Assembly: GCF_006345805.1 (NCBI RefSeq)
Contig: NW_021836095.1
Span: 1-25,524 of the forward strand
Direction of reading: 5' to 3'
Origin: Octopus sinensis
Lineage: Eukaryota
Length of the DNA: 25,524 bases
Shown here: piece after piece, positions 9,867 to 20,997 of the stretch
How the letters are laid out: each line of letters starts with the position of its first letter
Position numbering within the stretch: position 1 is the stretch's first letter
Notes under the pieces: model-generated
Databases searched by the model: none
Seen by the model: the letters and a program-made list of their open reading frames with translations, nothing else
What the model was told of the DNA's origin: nothing
Translations under genes and position numbers: made by a program

Positions 9867-10235
9867 CCATAAATGTGTGTGTATACATACATACAGGCAC
9901 AAACTTATATATGCATAGAAATACATCTACGTATACATGTATTAAAAGATGAGTTATTTATACGCATATATGTATACGTATATTATATACATACATACAC
10001 ATATACACACACAGATATATACATATATATATACACATATATACATATGTATACACCCATATATATATGTATATATATATATATATATATGCATATATAT
10101 TTATATATATATATAACTATATATACACACATTTAAAAATTTATGTGTATATATGTTTATGTATATGTATATATACACATATATATGAATATATATATAC
10201 AGAAATACATACATGTATATATATTTATACACACC

Positions 10236-10300
<65 letters not shown>

Positions 10301-10415
10301 TATCTACATACACGGACACATATATACATTACTGTATATAGATAAGTGCATATATGTGGATGTCTTCCATGCATAAAATGAGATCTATCTGTTGCTCTCC
10401 ACTCCCCCCTCGTGC

Positions 10416-10479
<64 letters not shown>

Positions 10480-10510
10480 TGCATGTGTGTATGTATATAT
10501 GTGTGTGTGT
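9315..10510. repeat. Cluster of (TA)n, (CA)n, (TG)n and (TATG)n low-complexity tracts
   Basis: Direct periodicity with short unique interruptions. Confidence 0.9.
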
Positions 10511-11344
10511 GTCTACATGTATAAATAAACAGAGTATGTATTTGTGTATACACCTGGAAACTCGCGCAAATACATGTATGTATATTTGCACGCACGTATA
10601 TATATGTATATATAGTTTGAAATATGCAGACAATATCACAATCTTCTCCAATTGTGTGCAAATAATACCGAAATATAGTTTTATATTAAATTTTATGAAA
10701 TACAAAATGAAGATTTTATTAAACTAAGATGCTTACTTTAGAAATAAGTTCTTTGCGATTTCTTTTATATACGCTTCTTGGATTACATCAATATTTATTA
10801 TTTTCACCTTCTTTTCAAATATTCTCCAGAATAGGATTGGTTCTTTGTACATTAATGTGTCTTATACGACAGCGGTCTTTCATGACGGCAGATAACAGAT
10901 TCATGCGATATATATATGAAAGATGGCGTAGAGAAAATTTAATAAAAAAGCATAAACCACACAACTATGTACACATACTGACATACACACATACATATAC
11001 ACTCTCTCTTTCTTTATCACTGTCTCTGCCTGTCTGTATATATCTCTCTCTCTATATATATCTCCTGCATATACACATACAAACACCTGCGCACATGTAA
11101 GAAACTGCTGTAAAAACAAAAAACCAACACATATACATCCATTCATACACACTGTCATTTTCGAACACGAAGATATAAACCCGAGTGTTCTCCCATGTAC
11201 ACAAACGCACGTGCACGCACACATGCACACACACATACAGGCACACACATATTTGTGCTCATGTATATGTACGTTTGTATTTATGAGTGGGTGTATTTAA
11301 ATGATTATGTATATATATCCATTTACCTATCTATTAAGCTATTA

Positions 11345-11802
<458 letters not shown>

Positions 11803-11805
11803 CAG

Positions 11806-11990
11806 ATCGCTAGCCACTACACATTCTTTATTTTCTCTCCTTGCTTATATCTATGATCCTTTCTGTGAAAGAGCGTAGGCTCGAAACGTTAACGACTTTT
11901 TCACTTCCCGAGCGTTATACTAATACATCTGTTTGTTGTCTACACCACCTGTCTTCGTCTCTTATTTTTTTTGTGAATTCTCCCTAAATA
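11806..11990 (+). mobile_element. ~190-bp dispersed element carrying a minimal hammerhead-like motif
   Basis: Starts ATCGCTAGC. Motif CTGTGAAAGAGCGTAGGCTCGAAACGTT at 11863-11890. Collinear along its length with the reverse complement of 19800-20003. Confidence 0.85.
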
Positions 11991-12125
11991 TATACACACA
12001 CATATATATACATACACACACACATACATACACATACATACATATATATATATATATATACATACATACATACATACATACATACATACATACATACATA
12101 CATACATACATACATACATACATAC
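11990..12125. repeat. (TA)/(CATA)n microsatellite
   Basis: Direct periodicity. Confidence 0.95.
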
Positions 12126-12764
12126 ACGTGCAAACTTACACACCGTCGCACACATGAATCTTGTATAATTTATAGAAAATGTTAGATGGGAATGAAAATT
12201 TAAAAAAATAGAGTGAGAATATTCATTCATTTCTTTTTTAAATGTCGTAAAAAATTTTCCAAAAATATCACTAAACCTAGTTGAAATTCTTAAACAAACT
12301 CATTCTCCACATATTGCTGGTACATACTTCCAGACATTTTCTTTTCCCCTCCAAACGCCTTTTTTTTTTGCATCCTTTAATAATATCAATATTCACATCA
12401 TACAGACAAATCAAATCTTCACTCTTGCTACAAATGGCGGCCGCTTTCCATCTCCATCTTACCTTTCGTAATATAAAGCTATTCTGTTATACAAAGCTCG
12501 TACTTTCGTACTCATCATGTAAAGTAAAAGATATACACGGAGACATCCAACAGCGACGGTTATGCGCACGACTTGTGGTAAATTGCTACACATGACGTAT
12601 GCAAAGCTATTAGTTTGGCAGGTACAATGGATTTAGAAAACGTCTCAACACTTAATGTGTTTATAGGTGTATATATGCAATCTGCAATGGTGGAGAAGTC
12701 TGACGATTTGTACATTGTATAATGTCTTATAATGGTGTTGAGATATCTACCTATCTACATGTAT

Positions 12765-12778
12765 AATTTATATATTAC

Positions 12779-12822
<44 letters not shown>

Positions 12823-12954
12823 GTATATATATGTATGTATATATACATATATATACATATATATATGTATATATACATATATATACATATATATATGTAT
12901 ATATATGTATGTGTATATATGTATATATATATATACATATATATTACATATATA

Positions 12955-13015
<61 letters not shown>

Positions 13016-13524
13016 ACATATATATACATATATATATGTATATATACATATATATACATATATTATGTATATATATGTATGTGTATATATGTATATATAT
13101 ATATATACATATATATTACATATATATATATGCATATATATATTATATATATGTATATGTATGTATATATAATATACATATATATTACATATATATATAT
13201 GCATATATATATTTATATATATGTATATGTATGTATATATATATACATATATATTACATATAATATATATATATATACATATATATATTTAAATATATGT
13301 ATATGTATGTATATATATATGTATTATATGCATCTATCTATATATATATGGACCTGTGTATGCGTATAAACACGTGTATGTGTGTGTGCGCGTGTAAAAT
13401 ACGTATATACGTATACATATAAACAAATATATACGCATATGTAGATAGTTAGATAGATAGATAGATAAATAGATAGTAGTAGTTAGATAGATAGATAGAT
13501 AGATAGATAGTAGATAGATAGATT

Positions 13525-13561
<37 letters not shown>

Positions 13562-13645
13562 TACTAGATAGATAGATAATATAAATAGATAGATAGATAG
13601 GTAGTAGGTAGGCAGGTAGGTAGGTAGGTAGATAGATAGAGATAC
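12765..13645. repeat. Long TA-rich low-complexity tract followed by (GATA)n
   Basis: Direct periodicity. (GATA)n starts at ~13441. Confidence 0.95.
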
Positions 13646-13810
13646 ATTTAGATTAACGATCTACGTCGATATATCTGGTCAGCCCATAAGTTCTGTCCGA
13701 TTTTATCTTTTTTTTTTAAATTGAATGAAATTTAATAGTATTTTAGAATGTCTAATGGAAGTAAAATATACTTTTATGCATTTGTGTACATTTAAACTAG
13801 AAGAGAGAAA

Positions 13811-14059
13811 TTTGTTCTAGTTTGTAACCAGTGAATAGATTTGTTCTACTATGAAACCAGTGAAGAGAAAGATTTCGTCTATGTAATCACTGAATAGATT
13901 CGTTCTGCTATGCAGCAAGTGACCAGAAAAGATTCGTTCTACTATGTAACTATTGAATAACTAGATTTGCTTTGCTATGCAACCAAGTGAACAGAAGAAT
14001 TCGTTCTACTATGTAACCAGTGAATAGATAGATTCATTCTACCAAGTAACCAGTGAATA
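13811..14059 (+). repeat. Tandem array of a ~35-45 bp unit (GTTCTACTATGTAACCAGTGAATAGAT...), about 7 units
   Basis: Repeated TAACCAGTGAA core. Mirrored at 15307-15557. Confidence 0.85.
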
Positions 14060-14329
14060 TTTCCATATCAGAAAGGGTCTTAATCAAAGAAATGTTGAAT
14101 TGTATTATTCTGTAAAATAATATTTAATTAATTTCTATGTCTTTGTGCAGCTGAGGATTTCTCTGCATTTTAAATTGATGTAATGATTGCATTTGTTCAA
14201 TTAAATGGAGTTGCATGAAACGATCGTACTGCATTACCTGTGGATATTCTTGTTGCTTATTTTGATATATATATATGTGTGTTGTTTGTGTGTGTGTATG
14301 TGTGTGCGTGTGTGTGTGCGCGCGCGTAT

Positions 14330-14525
14330 GTATGTGTGTTTGTGTGTGTGTGTCAGTGGTTGTCCCCTAACACCTCTTGATAACCGGTGTTGTATTTGTG
14401 TCTCCGTAACTTAGTAATTTGGCAATTGAGACAGATAGAATAAGTACAAGGCTTAAAATATATATATTTAAATACTAGGGACAACTCGTTCAATTAAAAT
14501 TCCTCCATGTGGTGCCGCCATCATT
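14330..14525 (+). mobile_element. Degenerate SINE 3' half (family of 6454-6892)
   Basis: (TG)n followed by GATAACCGGTGTTG...GTAACTTAG...GATAGAATAAGTAC. Confidence 0.65.
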
Positions 14526-14706
14526 GCCGCATTCTGATGACGGAAGCAAGGAAAAAATATATAAGAGAAAGAGAGAAATATTGTTCGCTTTGTAGATTAC
14601 TCATTAGCTCAAACCTTCAAGCGATCGGTTACATGGTAGAACAGACCACTTTAGACACTGGTTACATCAACGAGATACATTGTGGCTCAAACGTTTCTCT
14701 GCTAAT

Positions 14707-14709
<3 letters not shown>

Positions 14710-14761
<52 letters not shown>

Positions 14762-14779
14762 TTTTCTCTTCTTCTTCTC

Positions 14780-14810
<31 letters not shown>

Positions 14811-14845
14811 TTCTTCCACTTTTTTCTTCTTCTTCCTCCTCTTCT

Positions 14846-14877
<32 letters not shown>

Positions 14878-14903
14878 TTCTCCTTCTTCTTCTTCTTCTT
14901 CTT

Positions 14904-14934
<31 letters not shown>

Positions 14935-15245
14935 ATCCTTTTTGCCCCTTGTGGAACATAGGGCCTCAACAGTTGTTTTCCACTAATTTTGCGGTCATTG
15001 GTGCGTTTCTTGGCTGCTTCCCATGTCAGTCCGGTGGTCCTGAGCTCGTCCAAAATGCTCCACTTCCATGTCTGCTTCGGGTCTTCTCCCTTCCTTCTGC
15101 CCTGCAGTGCTTGGCGTGTCACATTTGAGGGTTCTTTCCGCAGTGTGTCCCCGATTCATCTCCATTTCCTTCGTCTAATCTGAACATGTATGGGCTCCTG
15201 GTCGGCCCTTTCCCACAGATCGGTGTTTGGCACTATGTCGAACCA
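14710..15245 (-). mobile_element. 5'-truncated RTE-clade LINE (C-terminal ORF remnant) with (AAG)n(TAG)n tail and 11-bp TSD
   Basis: Minus translation QWFDIVPNTDLWERADQEPIHVQIRRRKWR*IGDTLRKEPSNVTRQALQGRRKGEDPKQTWKWSILDELRTTGLTWE resembles the RTE C-terminal motifs RKW.WIGHTLRK and TRQAL. TSD CTGCTAATTAC at 14699-14709 and 15246-15256. Confidence 0.88.
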
Positions 15246-15306
15246 CTGCTAATTACAGGTAGATAAAATGTCGTTGTTCACTCTTTACGTTGAAGAAAAA
15301 CCTAGC

Positions 15307-15650
15307 TATTCACCGGTTACTTGGTAGAACGAATATATATATTCACTGGTTACATACCAGAACAGATTCTTCTGTTCACTGGTTACATGGCAAAGCAAAT
15401 CTATCTATTCACTGGTTACATAGTAGAACAAATCTTTTCCGTTCACTTGGTGCGTAGCAGAACGAATCTATCTATTCAGTGATTACATAGACGAAATCTT
15501 TCTATTCACTGGTTACATAGTTGAACAAATCTATTCACTGGTTACAAACTAGAACAATTTTTTTCTGTTCACTGGTTACATAGTAGAACGAACCTCTCTT
15601 TTTACTGGTTACATGCTACAAGAAACCTGGCTATTCACTTGTTACATAAT
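15307..15650 (-). repeat. Tandem array of the same ~40-bp unit, inverted relative to 13811-14059, about 9 units
   Basis: Repeated TTCACTGGTTACA core with the same order of unit variants in mirror image. Confidence 0.85.
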
Positions 15651-16054
15651 AAAACAAAATTATTTTTTAACGATTCCATATTAGAACATACCTGATCGAA
15701 ATTCTCTCATTTGAACTTGAGGGTTCTTCAACAACTCCTAATCTCTCTTCCTTTCACTTTCCCTCCCTTCTGCCCCTCCCTCCCCCCATCTCTCTCCCCT
15801 ATCCTTTAAAATCGCGATACAAAATGTTCCTTAAAATACTCAACTTTGATACATTCATCCGTTTTGACACCAAACCCAATCGAACATTTACAATGAGTGA
15901 GATAGCGCTGAGTAATTTATTTCAGTAATCAAAATTTTAATTAATCACCACGTTGGCGAATGCAATTTATCGTTGCGAAATATCGTTGAATGAAAGATGT
16001 CAGCCTTCGTTCGTTTTGTTTGTTTTTGAATACATTATTATCATTTTCATTTCC

Positions 16055-16228
16055 GTTCTTCTTCTTCTCCTTGTACTTCTTCTTCTTCTTCTCCTTCTTC
16101 TTCTTCTTCTTCTTCTTCTTCTTCTTCTTCTTCTTCTTCTTCTTCTTTTCTTCTTCTTCTTCTTCTTCTCCTCTCCCCCCTCCCCCCTCCTCCTCCTTCT
16201 TCTCTTCTTCTTCTTCTTCTTCTTCTTC

Positions 16229-16260
<32 letters not shown>

Positions 16261-16399
16261 ATTGTTATTATTATTCTCCTTCTTCTCCTTCTTCTTCTTC
16301 TTCATGATGATGATGATGCTGATGATGATGATGATGCTGTTGATGATGATGATGCTGATGATGATGATGATGATCATCATCATCATCATTATCATCATA

Positions 16400-16440
<41 letters not shown>

Positions 16441-16690
16441 CATCACCATCATCATCATCGTCTTTTTTTCGTCTTGTTCTTCCTCTAATTCTTCATCATC
16501 GTCATCATCATCATCATCATCACCATCACCATCACCATCATCATCATCATCATCATCATCATCGTCATCATCATCATCATCATCGTCGTCATCATCTTCA
16601 TCGTCCTCACCGGCTTCTTCTTCTTGTTCTTCATCATCGTCATCACCACCACCATCAATCATCATCATCATCATCAGCATCACCATCACC
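16055..16690. repeat. Large compound triplet array (TTC/TCC/TTA/ATG/ATC/ATT)
   Basis: Direct periodicity. The homopolymeric ORFs are artefacts. Confidence 0.97.
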
Positions 16691-17161
16691 TTTGTGTGTG
16701 TGCGCGCGCTTTGTATCGTTTATGTCCATTATGATTACCGAAGAGAGAGCGAGAGACCTGTCGAGTTTGCTTCATCAAACATGTATTGGAATATTTGTGC
16801 ACCAAATACAAACACACATCACTTATGTGTCACAGTTTTAATTTATGAATCAATGAGGAAATAGACTCTATTTCTTTCTATTTTTATTTCCTTTTTTTTT
16901 TTTTCATTTTCATCTTTGTAATTTTGTTTGTTTTTCAAAACAGACTTTCATTAAGTATTCTATGCGTGTTTCTCGATTTGGCAAAGCAAGCTGTATCGTT
17001 CCTCTAAAAGACAAATTGATATTCTACTTATTCTAAAGGAATAATCGATATTAACCAGTTAAATGAAGAGACACAAAATCTTCTACATTTTCATAAACTC
17101 GACTAGAAAGAAAACGTAACAAATACTGTAGAATATGAATGAAGTAATTCACGAAGTATCT

Positions 17162-17191
17162 ATATTGTTGTTGTTGTTGTTGTTATTATTA

Positions 17192-17225
<34 letters not shown>

Positions 17226-17301
17226 CATTATTATTATTATTATTATTATTGTTATTATTATTATCATTATTATTATTATTAATATTATTATTATTATTAT
17301 T
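17162..17301. repeat. (GTT)n-(ATT)n microsatellite
   Basis: Direct periodicity. Confidence 0.95.
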
Positions 17302-17639
17302 GAGTGAGCGAGCAGTGAATACCATCAAAGTGACACTGGGGTAAAATATACGAAGCCCAGTATACCCATCATGACTACCCGTCTGATAAGGGTACACCAG
17401 GCACATGCATCACAACCATATGTGCGCGACATGGTGATCTCATATCAAGATAAACAGCACATGACCTTGCAGGTGGGGCCCCAGTTAGAATTTTCTTCTG
17501 GTAGAGTAGCCGATCCCACTCAAAAGGTCCATGAATAAGGGTTGTTTAAGGATGTTGAACGAAACACCCATGTTTCCCGAGGCGAATTATCCAAACTCCA
17601 AAGAATCCCTCTCAACACATGGCTATGATGCTCCCCCAC
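17302..17639. mobile_element. Unclassified ~340-bp putative non-autonomous element embedded in (ATT)n
   Basis: A more GC-rich, non-repetitive block with sharp boundaries and (ATT)n on both sides. No coding similarity recognised. Confidence 0.45.
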
Positions 17640-17704
<65 letters not shown>

Positions 17705-17705
17705 G

Positions 17706-18157
17706 TTACTCTACTCTTTTACTCTTTTACTTGTTTCCAGTCATTTGACTGCGACCATGCTGGAGCACCGCCTTTTAGTCGAGCAAATCGACCCCAGGAC
17801 TTATTCTTTGCAAGCCTAGTACGTATCATATCGGTCTCTTTTGCCGATCCGCTAAGTTACGGAGACGTAAACACACCATCATCGGTCGTCAAGCGATGTT
17901 GGGGATAAACACAGACACACAAACATATACATACACATACATACATACATAACATACATACATACATATATACATACATACATACATACATATATACGAC
18001 GGGCTTCTTTTAGTTTCCGCCTACCAAATCCACTCACAAGTCTTTGGTCGGCCCGATGCTATAGTAGAAGACACTTGCCCAAGGTGCCACGCAGTGGGAC
18101 TGAACTCGTAACCATGTGGTTGGTAAGCAAGCTACTTACCACACAGCCACTCCTACC
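17706..18157 (-). mobile_element. Full-length tRNA-derived SINE with internal (CATA) tract (OR2/OK-like)
   Basis: Minus head GGTAGGAGTGGCTGTGTGGTAAG...GAGTTCAGTCCC. Collinear with 6454-6892. (GTAAAAGA)-type tail. Confidence 0.88.
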
Positions 18158-18159
<2 letters not shown>

Positions 18160-18216
<57 letters not shown>

Positions 18217-18750
18217 TCAGTAGTCTTATTTTTATAGCTTGCTTTTACTTCACTACCGAGCGCAGCTCTGTGTGCCTTGGGTATGTGCCGTAGTTTGCTT
18301 GTGACTCTTATGTTACTGTATTGAAAGTGTTTTGCGTAGGATATGTGCGGTGCCCAGTAGTGGTATTTTCTGCATGTTATATATACTTTTTAGCTCTGGT
18401 GTTTTTGTTATGTATTTGTCTGAATATTTTTTTAATCATACCTAATGCGCCTACTATAATAGGAATTGTTTCTGTTTTTAGATTCTACATTCTAGTTAAC
18501 TCTATTTCCAGGTCTTTGTATTTAGAAAGTTTCTCCATTTCTTTTAGAGAAACGTTGTCATCTGTTGGTATTGATGCATCAATTAGAACGCATTTTTTTC
18601 CTTCATGATCTCTGACAACTGTATCTGGCCTATTAGCCTTAATTTCACAATCTGTGTGTATTGGCATATCCCATAGTATTGTTGCTTTCTCATTTTCTGT
18701 GACCTTTTCTGGCGTGTACCTATACCAGCCTTTTCCCGCTGTTATTCCAT
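18160..18750 (-). mobile_element. 5'-truncated R4/Dong-like non-LTR retrotransposon: RLE endonuclease domain pseudogene, 3' UTR and (AAT)n tail
   Basis: WYRYTPEKVTENEKATILWDMPIHTDCEIKANRPDTVVRDHEGKKCVLIDASIPTDDNVSLKEMEKLSKYKDLEIELTRM*NLKTETIPIIVGALGMIKK, then after a +1 frameshift in an A7 run YSDKY...LLGTAHILRKTLSIQ* (stop at 18313-18315). The PD..D..K-type RLE motifs are present, with TAG where W is expected at 18485-18487. Confidence 0.9.
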
Positions 18751-18751
18751 T

Positions 18752-18905
18752 GCGGCTCAGCAAAAGAGACCCGACAGAATAAGTACCAGTCTTACAAAGA
18801 ATAAGCCCAGGGGTCGATTTCTTCGACTAAGATCCCATTACTAAAATCCCAGCATTGCCGCAGTCAAATGACCGAAACGTGTAAAATAGTAAAAGAGTAA
18901 AGGAA
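18752..18905 (+). mobile_element. SINE 3' fragment
   Basis: GACAGAATAAGTACCAG...GGGGTCGATTTCTTCGACT...GCCGCAGTCAAATGACCGAAAC. Confidence 0.75.
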
Positions 18906-19627
18906 ATAACCAACGATGCGGGAAGGTGTAAAGAAATTTACATCAGATTCGAGACGGGAACTGAATAACGACAGACGGCATAAACCTATCTGTAAAGGAA
19001 TCTCGCGTGTCGCATCGGAACCTGTATGAATGCTGTCAGAAAGAAAAAAAAAGCGAGCCAAAAAACTATAGAACGACACATTACTACAGAAACAAAATGG
19101 CGAATGTTTGCAACGAAATAATTTAATTCAATAAAATAAATAGTTGAAACGGACAACGTATAAACAAACTTCAATACGAAATGTTTAAGAGTAAATATTG
19201 TACAAACATAACGGACAGACATATTGTATTGCATATGGCAGAATGAAGTAAAAAAATATATGTATATTAGTATTTTTTTTTTATGCGGGAGCAAGTCTAA
19301 AGTAGAACAGAGTACTTTTGGTGAAATTCAATGCAGAAATTTCATACAATACAGACAAAAGTTTGCTTTCTTCTTTAAGAGAACTATATAGCAGTTATAT
19401 TACATTATATTATATAGTCAAAGGTTGTTATTTTGTATATTTCTTTTCATTTAAACAGAGTTGTATTGCAATTGTATTACAGACGACTGTCAGACGTTTG
19501 TTATTAAATTTCAAGGGAGCTGAGTATGGAGAAAAACAAAGAAAATCTGGAATTTTATTTTGGTTCAAAAAGAGCGCTTCGCAGCTATATGAATACAAGT
19601 TCAGTCCGTTTCTCAGTGGGACTTCTT

Positions 19628-19673
19628 CGTTTGTGAATCAATTCCGTTGACGCCTGTCGTATATGTGTGTGTA

Positions 19674-19713
<40 letters not shown>

Positions 19714-19795
19714 TGTGTGTATTTGTCTATGTGTCTGTTTGTCCCCCCACATCACTTGACAATCGATATTGATGTTTTTCCCCGTCCCCGTATAA
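19628..19795 (+). mobile_element. SINE internal fragment with (TG)n
   Basis: GCCTGTCGTATA-(TG)n-TGTTTGTCCCCCC...CTTGACAATCGAT, as in 6454-6892. Confidence 0.65.
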
Positions 19796-19799
19796 TATA

Positions 19800-20003
19800 T
19801 ATATATAACGGGAAGGTTTACGAAAATAAACAAAAGACGAAGGCAGGTGGAGTACAAACAAACAAATGTATTAGTATAGCGCTCAGGAATAGAAATAGAA
19901 AAAGTCTTTTACGTTTCGAGCCTACGCTCTTCGACAGAAAGATACACAGAAAAAAACAAGGTAAGAAACAAGGAGAGAAAAAATGCATGTAGGAGCTAGC
20001 GAT
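19800..20003 (-). mobile_element. Best-preserved copy of the ~190-bp hammerhead-like element (motif at 19905-19942)
   Basis: Minus strand: TCTTT-CTGTCGA-A-GAGC-GTAG-GCTC-GAAACGTA-AAAGA. The 5-bp stem I, 4-bp stem II and ACGT palindrome in the stem III position all fit a minimal type I hammerhead, except for U at core position 6. Confidence 0.8.
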
Positions 20004-20389
20004 ATAAAATCAAATCAAATTTGATATGTAGATACCAACGGTATCAGGGCGTGTATAAGTTACAAAAATCGATTGCAGGTGAGAATGCGATCGATAAAGC
20101 CGCGGGAACGTGCATTTATACGCGCAAGTACATCAGTCGAATCCGTCTTTTGCTGTTGTTTCAAATTTAGGTTAAATCAGTGTTTCTCAAAGGGGAGGCC
20201 TATGGGACAGTCGGACAAGTTGTTTTGAGACAATTTGTTTTAAATATTTGACAACTCAGCACCATTCATTGGACGCGGTTGGGTGGTGGTGGGGAAGCGT
20301 TTTGCTAGTACATACATACATACATACATACATACATACATACATACATACATACATACATACATACACACATACATACATACATATAT

Positions 20390-20483
20390 GCAAAGACACC
20401 ACGAAAACCGTTACACAGAGTTTCACGTTTCCGTTCGTCGGACAGTTTTGGATCCGAGGTACGGGAACATGTGGTGTTTTTGC
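20390..20483 (-). ncRNA. Type I hammerhead ribozyme motif with U4C core change
   Basis: Minus strand: AAAACTGT-CCGACGA-ACG(GAAA)CGT-GAAA-CTCTGTG-TA-ACGGTTTT, giving an 8-bp proximal stem I. A distal pairing GCAAAAACACCAC / GTGGTGTCTTTGC has 12 of 13 pairs. Predicted GUA site is at 20412/20411. Confidence 0.65.
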
Positions 20484-20708
20484 AGCTTTATTGATAAACC
20501 ATATTGCTCTACCTCTAGTATTTGAGTACTATTTTTTTTCCAACTTGTTTCACATTTATTTATATTTATATGCTTACTCTGGTATATATATATATACGAG
20601 TGTACTTCATATTAAGGCTCTAGGGCAGAACGAGTCTCCCCAGACAACAACATTTGCTTCAACACACGAATTCACATAAAGAATCTTGCAAAGCAGAAAT
20701 AAAAATGA

Positions 20709-20747
<39 letters not shown>

Positions 20748-20754
20748 GTGTGTG

Positions 20755-20785
<31 letters not shown>

Positions 20786-20997
20786 ATGTATCTGTGTGTA
20801 TAAACATGTGTGTGTGTCTGTGTGTGTATGTATGCGTAGGTTCTTGCGTTTTAGCTTGTCCCCACCATCACCGCTTAGTAACTGATGTTGATCTTTTCCA
20901 GTTACTTAGTTATTGATAACTATAAACTATCAACTTGAGTTCTTGAATGGTAATACAACATAAAAGAAAATTAGTAACTACGTTTTGTCCAATACGT

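Noticed and set aside
12380-12560. Possible minus-strand exon ending at AAG|GTAAGA (~12460)
   Set aside because: No convincing acceptor or recognisable peptide. A lone donor-like motif is expected by chance.
15953-16864. 303-aa and 229-aa ORFs with homopolymer runs
   Set aside because: They are read-throughs of a compound triplet array, with no splice or domain support.
17480-17639. HDV-like ribozyme at the GGGGGAGC end of the 340-bp element
   Set aside because: I could not find a complementary P1 strand or the nested double pseudoknot by eye.
20178-20200. hAT-like terminus CAGTGTTTCTCAAA
   Set aside because: Single short end with no partner TIR or 8-bp TSD.
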